A program made the position numbers and the translations under genes. 64,000 nucleotides of DNA from a virus. Lineage: Duplodnaviria; Caudoviricetes. Within the stretch, counting starts at the first letter, position 1. Every line of letters begins with the position of its first letter. Location: positions 32,001 through 96,000 of IMG/VR virus record IMGVR_UViG_3300028048_000091. The stretch is one strand, 5' to 3'. The notes beneath the pieces were generated by a model that saw only the letters and a list, made by a program, of their open reading frames with translations, ran no database searches and had not been told where the DNA came from. This document shows, one piece after another, positions 18,013-25,583 of this stretch.

Positions 18013-18615
18013 ATGAGAATAAGAGAATTATTAAGCACGTCAAGTGGTGGCATTGACCCAACGACTGGACGCGGAATGATAGGAAAATATGAGGTAGTTG
18101 ACCTTGGTTTACCAAGTGGGTTGTTGTGGGCAACGTGTAACGTTGGAGCGACGAGGGAAGCAATATATGGAGACTTTTATATGTATGGTAAAGGCGCACA
18201 AACGTATTATTATGAAGACAGTGAGTATGAAGGTATGGAAAACCCACTAGCATCAAGTGTTGATACTGCAACACAAGTAATGGGTAGCGGATGGAGGATG
18301 CCAACACAAACTGAACTAAATGAGTTGATTAATAATACTGCATTCAGTCTTTATACCATTGATGGCAGATATGGCGGAAAGTTTACAAGTAAGACAAATC
18401 CAAATGCATATGTGTTTTTCCCTTTCGCTGGCAACTACATCGATGGTAATTACCAAAGTTACAATAGGCACTGCAACGTTTGGAGTTCTACGCCTAAAGA
18501 TAATAGCAACTCCTACGCTTTCTACTGTGGTGATGGCTACCCATCATCTCCGTATAAGGGCGTTAGTGACAGCCCTCGTAACTACGGGTTCTCGGTGCGT
18601 GGCGTACATACGTAA
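18013..18615 (+). CDS. CLec/FGE-like domain protein (DLGLPSG.LWA.CNVGA family), probable DGR target
   Basis: VDLGLPSGLLWATCNVGA, WRMPT..EL.EL, FFPFAG, WSST, R.YGFSVRGV; 3' end is rich in NNC/NNT codons. Confidence 0.75.
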   Translation: MRIRELLSTSSGGIDPTTGRGMIGKYEVVDLGLPSGLLWATCNVGATREAIYGDFYMYGKGAQTYYYEDSEYEGMENPLASSVDTATQVMGSGWRMPTQTELNELINNTAFSLYTIDGRYGGKFTSKTNPNAYVFFPFAGNYIDGNYQSYNRHCNVWSSTPKDNSNSYAFYCGDGYPSSPYKGVSDSPRNYGFSVRGVHT

Positions 18616-18724
18616 GTTTGATAATTTACTAGATTCTTCAATTTTATAAACAATATGTATATCCGACAGCACAGTTATGCCAGAGCGTTCATGAAACTAT
18701 AATATATAAAGAAAATATTATCAA

Positions 18725-18755
18725 TAGTTTTTTCATTTTAAAGTTTAGTATATAT
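18725..18755. repeat. 31-bp motif shared with 32224-32254
   Basis: TAGTTTtTTCattttAAAgTTTAGTATATAT; 25/31 identical with no gaps. Confidence 0.75.
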
Positions 18756-18759
18756 AGTC

Positions 18760-18799
18760 AAAGAGGCAGATGTCAATGGTTTAGCATCTACCTCTTTTT
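18760..18799. terminator. Terminator between convergent genes
   Basis: AAAGAGGCAGATG...CATCTACCTCTTTTT hairpin. Confidence 0.7.
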
Positions 18800-18802
18800 A
18801 TT

Positions 18803-19606
18803 TTAATTAATTTCTTGCCAATTGGCATTATATATCTTTCCTGTTTGGTTATCCTTAATATATGTAATTGGCACAGGTTTTAGCGAATTAACAACGATTG
18901 CAGACCCTCCTTTCCAATATTGTGCAACAAATGGATAATGTTTAAATGCATTTACCAATGTGCCATATCTCTCAATATCATTCTCAAAATCGTATACTTG
19001 ATTAGGATTTACAAGACAATAATATGTATATTGGCTACCGTTTGATTGGTCATTACCGGGTTCTTTACTTCCCCAAAAGTAGATACCTATATCTGAATTA
19101 TTGGAATATGTATTAGGTTGTCCTTTTTTAACAACCCCATCTGTTATCTTATATGAACTGTCATGCTTCAATACGACTTTATCCCCCGACATTTCAAGTT
19201 GACTCAAAAACATTTGATGTTTCTGTTCTTGCTCTTCTGTCTTTTTCTTTCCAAGGAATACTTCTCCGTAATAGGTATCTCTATATTGGTCATATATCTG
19301 TAGGTATTGTTTCTGATATGCAGGTATATTCAGTTCATTACCTGTACCATCAGGTTTTGTATTATATCCACTTGCTCTGTATCTGAATGTACTGAAATCA
19401 TCTGTTTGTGGAAAATTAGGATTAACCATAAGATAGGCATCACCGCCAGTTCCAATATAAGAACCGTTTTTGATAATACCTATATTAATCCAATTTGTCA
19501 TATCTGTTTCAGATAGACTTTCGTTAAGAAACCTAACATCAGGGTTAAGTTTCTCCATCCATTCGTTAACGTTATCTAACCAATCCTTATTGTTATTTAC
19601 TCCCAT
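18803..19606 (-). CDS. Hypothetical protein with possible C-terminal ADP-ribosyltransferase-like domain
   Basis: N-terminal leader shared with 19597-20511; H.S...GIYF...VYD pattern gives weak support. Confidence 0.5.
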   Translation of the reverse strand: MGVNNNKDWLDNVNEWMEKLNPDVRFLNESLSETDMTNWINIGIIKNGSYIGTGGDAYLMVNPNFPQTDDFSTFRYRASGYNTKPDGTGNELNIPAYQKQYLQIYDQYRDTYYGEVFLGKKKTEEQEQKHQMFLSQLEMSGDKVVLKHDSSYKITDGVVKKGQPNTYSNNSDIGIYFWGSKEPGNDQSNGSQYTYYCLVNPNQVYDFENDIERYGTLVNAFKHYPFVAQYWKGGSAIVVNSLKPVPITYIKDNQTGKIYNANWQEIN

Positions 19607-20511
19607 ATCATAACTTCTCCTTTTCGTCTCATTCTTTCCGATAACTGACAAGGCATCGGATTAACATAGCATTCACCGAATGAAATATCATATGTATATC
19701 GTTTTCCAATACTATCGATGTCATTAAGATGTTCTTGATAATACTTTTCAAAGCCATCGTTTGTTACAGGAATATTGTTTTGATGGCAATATGTTTTATA
19801 TTTGCCAAGTAGTTTATTGCGAATTTCCTTATTTACTTCATCCTTTGATTTAAATGAGGTGAAATATTCTTGTTTGGGGTCATTCTTCCAATATTTATTA
19901 CTTTCTCGGCTATTAACCTTATTACCATTTTTATCAACCCATATTGGTGCTTCATTAGGTGCTTTAATAAGAACGCTGTCTTGGTCATACTTAGCACAAA
20001 GTGATAAACCAAACTGTTTTAATTCATCAAAATCTTTTGTTTGGCCATCTGTTGTATAATTAAATACGATAAATGACGGTTCATAATCGTCCTCGACACC
20101 GTTTGTACCTCTATAACCACCGTATGTAGGTAAGAATGAATATCCACTTTTCTGCAAGTCACTGATAAGTGCCTTTGTTTGTGCATCATTCCTTTCTTGT
20201 GGCATATCACTCCTATTAGCACTAATGTTAATCATACCATTTGTGCCATGTTTCTGAAGTACTCTATCAAGAGTGACTTCATCAATCCTAACAGGCTTAT
20301 TATGATTGCTTATAATACCATAGAAACGGTTCATTACATCTTCATTTACAGTCTTCGCTTTTTCATGAAGTTGTCTGAATGCTTCCTTTCGGTTTCTTTG
20401 TTCTTCTTCGATACTGAGTTTTACTTCATTAATGAAATGGACTTCTGGATTAAGTTTCTCCATCCATTCGTTAACGTTACCTAACCAATCCTTATTGTTA
20501 TTCTGTTGCAT
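19597..20511 (-). CDS. Putative SAM lyase (T3 SAMase-like domain) with N-terminal leader
   Basis: ISANRS...N...GGYRG...EPSFIV...LCAKYDQDSVLI is colinear with T3 SAMase VSAFRS...N...GCYRE...EKTVRV...ACNEWEQDCVLV (recalled from memory). Confidence 0.65.
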   Translation of the reverse strand: MQQNNNKDWLGNVNEWMEKLNPEVHFINEVKLSIEEEQRNRKEAFRQLHEKAKTVNEDVMNRFYGIISNHNKPVRIDEVTLDRVLQKHGTNGMINISANRSDMPQERNDAQTKALISDLQKSGYSFLPTYGGYRGTNGVEDDYEPSFIVFNYTTDGQTKDFDELKQFGLSLCAKYDQDSVLIKAPNEAPIWVDKNGNKVNSRESNKYWKNDPKQEYFTSFKSKDEVNKEIRNKLLGKYKTYCHQNNIPVTNDGFEKYYQEHLNDIDSIGKRYTYDISFGECYVNPMPCQLSERMRRKGEVMIWE

Positions 20512-20535
20512 GATTTAAGAATAATATATCTTAAG

Positions 20536-20687
20536 GCAACTATACAGGGTTTGACCCCATACGTTTCTTGCTTCGCAGGGTTCGTAGCCTCTTCCCTCCA
20601 CAAGCTCTACACCCACTTGCCAATGGGCTATCCATAAATGGATTTTACTTAAATTGCGGTATTAAGACCCATCAAGGGGTCACGCTA
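20536..20687 (-). ncRNA. Orphan TnpB omegaRNA-like structured RNA
   Basis: GC-rich intergenic island with AGCTTGTGGAG...CTGCGAAGCAAGAA, matching the tnpB 3' end of element 2 (AGCTTGTGGAG...CTGTGAAGCAAGAA), and a terminal hairpin; no tnpB. Confidence 0.6.
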
Positions 20688-20765
20688 CATATAAATATCA
20701 CTTGGGGTCAAAAAGTATATAATTACCTATCTTAATATAAATATTGGTGGCCAACAAGTATAATG

Positions 20766-21332
20766 TTATTGGCCATTGATTATCCAAGTGTATCTTTTTT
20801 TGAGTGATTTGAGCCAATCAATATCACACTGATATTCTCTCAAATTAGGATATTGTTCTTTACAATACTCTACAGACCATAAAATAGAAGATATTCTTTT
20901 CTCATCATCTTCACTCCAATCAGAAGGCTTATTTTCTAATTTGAATGTAGAAATAGCATCGGTAAGGCCTTGTCTGTATGCATCTACCATACAATTAACA
21001 GGTTTCCCAAAGCTCTCATTATCTTTTATTGGGTTGTTACGATACTTAGAAACCATTTCTTCTATTACATCGTCATCAGCTTTCTGTTCACCTTGTTTTT
21101 CAAGCCAAGGCAACCACCTTTCCCTAAAATCAGAAAATTGTTTTGGGGTCATTTGGTTGCTATTTATTTCCAAATAATTGATTATTTCTTTTCTTACATT
21201 CTCATTATTACTCTCTTGTAGTTCCGGGGCAACCTCATCAAGTACAGACTTGAATGTATAGCCGCCCTTTATTTCTTTGGCATTCTTCAATTTCTGAACA
21301 AGGCCTTTGTATTTCTGTTCGTAATTTACCAT
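20766..21332 (-). CDS. Modular hypothetical protein (PELQES/WLEKQGEQK/WSEDDE/WLKSLK)
   Basis: Paralog of 14864 and 45913. Confidence 0.7.
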   Translation of the reverse strand: MVNYEQKYKGLVQKLKNAKEIKGGYTFKSVLDEVAPELQESNNENVRKEIINYLEINSNQMTPKQFSDFRERWLPWLEKQGEQKADDDVIEEMVSKYRNNPIKDNESFGKPVNCMVDAYRQGLTDAISTFKLENKPSDWSEDDEKRISSILWSVEYCKEQYPNLREYQCDIDWLKSLKKRYTWIINGQ

Positions 21333-21341
21333 AGTTTTATT

Positions 21342-22532
21342 TTAACTAATGTTGAACTCATTTTTAAGACTGTCTACAAGGTCAAGTTTTTCCCAAGGAT
21401 AATTGATTTGATTTTCTACCAATTCCATTTCCTCACGTGTCTTACCATAATGGCCATTTAATGCCGCATTTTTATATCTTTCAACGCCATTACCAAATCT
21501 CTTTATGATATTATGTGGTTCCAATTTGACATTTTCCTTAACCCATCTAACAAGTGCTGATTCAAGTTCCTTATTTTTATCAAGTTCAATACTGATTGAG
21601 GTTGGTTCTGCAACGCCAATTGAATATGATACATCAACAGTTGCAACATTTGCGATACCGGCGGCAACAATATTTTTAGCAATATATCTACACATCATAT
21701 TTGCTGAATAGTCAACTTTTGATGCATCCTTACCATGAAGTCCGCCGGCTGAAATTCTAAATGATGAACCAAATTGGTCACAAGCAAGTTTTCTATTACA
21801 CATTCCACAATCAGAGACACTACCACCCGTATTCCATACACCGGCCGGATTGACATCAATTACAAAATTCTTGTCTGCAATGAATTTATTATATATATCA
21901 TCACTTAGACCGATTTTGTTATATTGTATAGCATTCGTAATATAACCTCGAAGTATTGAAATATCACATTGGTGCATTGAAGATACTAAAATTGAATTTA
22001 TCTTAACAGGGGTATTACCTTCATATTCAATAACGACTTGCGTTTTAGCATCCGGACCAATCTCTAATGTGCTTTTCATAATAAAGTCACAAATATGTTT
22101 GGTTATATAACACCCCAGTGGCATAAACGTTTCAGTTTCATTTGTTGCACCGGCGGTCATCCAGCCTTGGTCACCTGCTGTGGTTATTTCATCTGATACA
22201 TCAACTGCTTTATGAATCTCTGGGGATTGTTTACCAATCAAGTTAATTATTTTAATGTTTTCGGGATATAATCCGTGATTTTTAGGGTATACTATCTCCT
22301 TAAATACGTTTCTTACAATGCTGTCATAATCTACGACACTTTTAGAATAAATCTCGCCGCCAAGAACTACGATGTTATCTTTCATCATAGTTTCAATACC
22401 ACAACGAGAATTAGAATCTCCGCTAACAAAAGCATCAACCAATGCTCCTGCAATTACATCGCACACTTTGTCGGGATGACCCGGTGTTACGGCTTCTACT
22501 GCCAATACACGTTTGTTTTTGTTTTCTACCAT
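21342..22532 (-). CDS. metK: S-adenosylmethionine synthetase
   Basis: EAVTPGHPDK, AGDQG, PDAKTQV, D.G...RK, GGLHGKDASKVD.SA, YSIGVAEP. Confidence 0.95.
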   Translation of the reverse strand: MVENKNKRVLAVEAVTPGHPDKVCDVIAGALVDAFVSGDSNSRCGIETMMKDNIVVLGGEIYSKSVVDYDSIVRNVFKEIVYPKNHGLYPENIKIINLIGKQSPEIHKAVDVSDEITTAGDQGWMTAGATNETETFMPLGCYITKHICDFIMKSTLEIGPDAKTQVVIEYEGNTPVKINSILVSSMHQCDISILRGYITNAIQYNKIGLSDDIYNKFIADKNFVIDVNPAGVWNTGGSVSDCGMCNRKLACDQFGSSFRISAGGLHGKDASKVDYSANMMCRYIAKNIVAAGIANVATVDVSYSIGVAEPTSISIELDKNKELESALVRWVKENVKLEPHNIIKRFGNGVERYKNAALNGHYGKTREEMELVENQINYPWEKLDLVDSLKNEFNIS

Positions 22533-22571
22533 TTAATTTAAAGTTTTAAAAAATTATTGTTTAAAATTAAA

Positions 22572-22640
22572 TGTAGTGAACCTATTAATTAGATTTTAGC
22601 CGTTTTTAAAGAGGTGGCAAGCACTACAAATCCCCTCTAT
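22572..22640 (-). promoter_or_regulatory. SAM-II-class riboswitch in the metK 5' UTR
   Basis: AGAGG-GGAUUU-GUAGUG-CUUGC-CA-CCUCU-UUAAAAAC-GGCUAAAA...CACUAC: P1 helix, GAUUU, UUGC, GCUAAA and pseudoknot pairing GUAGUG/CACUAC. Confidence 0.75.
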
Positions 22641-22646
22641 CGTTTG

Positions 22647-22680
22647 CAAATATACTATATTTCTACAATATAATAAAGTA
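22647..22680 (-). promoter_or_regulatory. Promoter for riboswitch-metK
   Basis: TAtaTTTG at 22647-22654, immediately upstream of the riboswitch. Confidence 0.7.
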
Positions 22681-22698
22681 ACTTTATATTAAAAATTG

Positions 22699-23256
22699 TT
22701 AATATTCAATCGCCTTTATCTTAGTAATTTCGTCAATCTGATACAACGAACAATCTTTAAGACTGTCATAACGTTTAAGTTCATTATATGCCTCATCTTT
22801 AGTTCGATACCGACAAGTATTGCCATCTATATATGTGGCAAAACTAAAGCCCCCAAGACTATCACACTGATACTCAACATCACCATTTTCAAGTTCACGT
22901 CCAACTAAATAATTGGCCTGCGTAGTTGTTCTACATCCGAAATTATTAAACTCTTTTTCAACAGTATCATTATTTATTGATAGAACAACAGGATGCAATG
23001 CATCAATCTTAACCCAATTTAGGCAACTTGGTGATAAATTGAGCCTTAATGTGTTATTATCAAACGTGATTCCATCATTTGTCTTGTAATTCTTATTAGC
23101 CTCAGTTCTTAGGAACGTGCCATTTCCATCCCCAAATTCAATCCAAATGGGGACGTTATGCATTATGTGATTCTTATTAATGAAATCAACCAAATCACCA
23201 ACGCTGACATATTCCTTGTCAAGAGGTTTAAAGTTTGGTTTATCTATAAACATCAC
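22699..23256 (-). CDS. Hypothetical protein
   Basis: 185-aa ORF. Confidence 0.6.
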   Translation of the reverse strand: MMFIDKPNFKPLDKEYVSVGDLVDFINKNHIMHNVPIWIEFGDGNGTFLRTEANKNYKTNDGITFDNNTLRLNLSPSCLNWVKIDALHPVVLSINNDTVEKEFNNFGCRTTTQANYLVGRELENGDVEYQCDSLGGFSFATYIDGNTCRYRTKDEAYNELKRYDSLKDCSLYQIDEITKIKAIEY

Positions 23257-24293
23257 AAATTCTCAATTTTTTCTTTTAAGAAATCCTTTTCTACAATCTC
23301 CTTACCAAGTATCTGAATAACCTTATCCAATGTAAGGTCATCTTCAGGAGTCACCCAAGAATCTATGTAGTATAGCTTCTTACTGCCACATATCATTCCA
23401 AACAAGATTGGGTCTCTTCTACGTGCAGCCTCAATCTTCTTTTCCTTGTTGGTCATATGATATACTTCACCATCCGGAGAATAAGACAAAATACAATAAT
23501 TGTCAAATACTTCCAACTTGTCTATTTCTAATTTCTTCTTAATGATATCAAGTGGAATTGTTCTTGTGTAGTTCTTAATGTAATCCAAGCCTAATGCTTT
23601 TGGACTATTGAATGCAAGTTTAACTAACGTTTCCTCACTGATAGCCTTATACAACCCTTTACCATACAGTATTGACTCGTATTTATTAATGATAAGTTGT
23701 TCGAATAGCTTTTCCTTTAAGGCTACCTGACCGCTTGCTTCTGTATATGCAATGCAATCAACGTAATCCTTTATTCTATCACGATACTTCTCAGCCTCTT
23801 CCTTACTAAGAGCCTTGACATCAGAAAAGAATTTGATTACATCAAAATTGATTTCCTTTTCCTTCTTATTATTAGACTTCTTGGATTTGAATATATTACG
23901 GAGTTTAGAAAATAATGATTTCTTTTTATTATACGGAATATTATCATCAATATTGTTTGGACCAACAGAATTTGAGGCAAATACCGAAGGCGTACCAACC
24001 CAAGTGTCATTAAGGTTCTGACGCATGCTTTCAGATACCTTGACATTGAACTCAGTAATAGACAAATCCTTATCAGAAAGGAAATAATCCTTTAACTCAT
24101 TATAAGATAGTACAGGGGTTGTAGAATTGTCACCTTCTACAAAACTATTGTTTAAATTTCCAACCGTTTCTAACTTACTGTTATTATCTAATTTTTTTGC
24201 TGCCTTATATTTAGGCAAACTTGTATCAACCTCGACTCTTCCTAAGATTGATACACGTTTTTTATCAGATGTTAATAAAGGTAATCTTGCCAT
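23253..24293 (-). CDS. Hypothetical phage protein (DPILFG...LYYI.SW)
   Basis: 346-aa ORF. Confidence 0.7.
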   Translation of the reverse strand: MARLPLLTSDKKRVSILGRVEVDTSLPKYKAAKKLDNNSKLETVGNLNNSFVEGDNSTTPVLSYNELKDYFLSDKDLSITEFNVKVSESMRQNLNDTWVGTPSVFASNSVGPNNIDDNIPYNKKKSLFSKLRNIFKSKKSNNKKEKEINFDVIKFFSDVKALSKEEAEKYRDRIKDYVDCIAYTEASGQVALKEKLFEQLIINKYESILYGKGLYKAISEETLVKLAFNSPKALGLDYIKNYTRTIPLDIIKKKLEIDKLEVFDNYCILSYSPDGEVYHMTNKEKKIEAARRRDPILFGMICGSKKLYYIDSWVTPEDDLTLDKVIQILGKEIVEKDFLKEKIENL

Positions 24294-24385
24294 ATATTAA
24301 TGATTTTAAAACTTATTAAATTCTTTCTTTTCCTCGAAGCATTGGCAAACCTTATACTTCTTATCATAGATATAGCCACCGTGAA

Positions 24386-24850
24386 TTATCTTGATATTAC
24401 ATAGGCCATAGAAACCATTCCACTCATATTTCTAAATAATGTAACACTCATAAATGGGAATTCACCGGCTGAAAACCACTTCCTAATTTCTTCCGCCGAT
24501 TTTGGCATCATTTCTTCAGGCCCGTTATAATATTTCTTGAAATATTCGAATACATAATTGGTAATATATTTAGTATCTGATATGTTTACAACTTGACGCT
24601 TAACATCCATTGTGATTGACATTAATATGTCTTCATGATACCTTCTCTCGAAAATGCCATACATAAATAACGCATTTGGCATTGCATACATATGCTCATT
24701 ATGAATCGCCATTAGCTTTCTTGAAAAGTCATTCAGCATTATTGTCTTAATCTTCTCAAGGTCAGGATTATCAAAATCAATGTCAATACCACAAGTTATG
24801 CCATAGCCCTTTACTCGTTTAACACGACCATCATCATAATATTCTATCAT
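24386..24850 (-). CDS. Hypothetical protein
   Basis: Follows the promoter at 24886. Confidence 0.65.
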   Translation of the reverse strand: MIEYYDDGRVKRVKGYGITCGIDIDFDNPDLEKIKTIMLNDFSRKLMAIHNEHMYAMPNALFMYGIFERRYHEDILMSITMDVKRQVVNISDTKYITNYVFEYFKKYYNGPEEMMPKSAEEIRKWFSAGEFPFMSVTLFRNMSGMVSMAYVISR

Positions 24851-24885
24851 ATTAATTAATTTTTACTAATGTTTATATTCGTTTG

Positions 24886-24939
24886 CAAATGTACTATATA
24901 TTTTTGAAAAAACAAAATAATTTTTGTTAAATAATGTTA
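24886..24939 (-). promoter_or_regulatory. Bacteroidota-type promoter
   Basis: TAcaTTTG 24886-24893, TTTG 24913-24916, TAAC-N5-TTAAC upstream. Confidence 0.75.
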
Positions 24940-25220
24940 TTTTTCCAAAATATCTTATTTCCACACAGGTTAAGACTGACTGCTTCACCAAGGTTCCAAA
25001 CCTCATGTTGTACCTCCTCTAACAAGTCTGCTAATATATCATCATGTACATGACGGCAATTGCATAGGGTTTCTATCAGTTCCAAACAATCAGTATCAAA
25101 CTTAACATCATCCTCACTGATACTATTGTGTATTTCTTCTACAATATCTCTTGCAAGGAAATAACTGTTTTGACTGATAAAGTCATTGATGTCAGCATAC
25201 ATGTATTTTTCGAACAACAT
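24927..25220 (-). CDS. Hypothetical acidic protein
   Basis: 97-aa ORF. Confidence 0.55.
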   Translation of the reverse strand: MLFEKYMYADINDFISQNSYFLARDIVEEIHNSISEDDVKFDTDCLELIETLCNCRHVHDDILADLLEEVQHEVWNLGEAVSLNLCGNKIFWKNNII

Positions 25221-25227
25221 ACATTAT

Positions 25228-25446
25228 TTAGTTTTTAGTTTTCTTAGTTGTTTTCTTCTTCTTCTTCTTAGGTTCTACAGGGATGTCATCTTCCTTTTCC
25301 TCAGGAGATAACTCACTTTCCTCCTTATATTCATTAAGGAGTTTATTGTTGGTTTGCCATTTATCCATCATGTCAGAAGACCATGGAAACCATTTAGTCC
25401 ATACTTTACCTTCCCTTGAAAAATACTGATAACGTTTATATAACAT
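25228..25446 (-). CDS. Hypothetical protein with basic tail
   Basis: Probable start MLYKRY. Confidence 0.55.
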   Translation of the reverse strand: MLYKRYQYFSREGKVWTKWFPWSSDMMDKWQTNNKLLNEYKEESELSPEEKEDDIPVEPKKKKKKTTKKTKN

Positions 25447-25583
25447 TTTATTCTTCCTCCTTTTCAACTACGATATATGCTTTATAGTTATAGTTGATAT
25501 CATAATCTTTTTTTAGACCGGAAGACAAACTTGTTTCAATAGCATTTTTTAACATCTTTTGCTTTTGCCATTGAGCACCGGCC

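Noticed and set aside
17858-18307. 149-aa minus-strand ORF and other antisense ORFs in the track (e.g. 7832, 32345, 52125, 56303)
   Set aside because: Shadows of well-supported genes on the opposite strand, with atypical composition.
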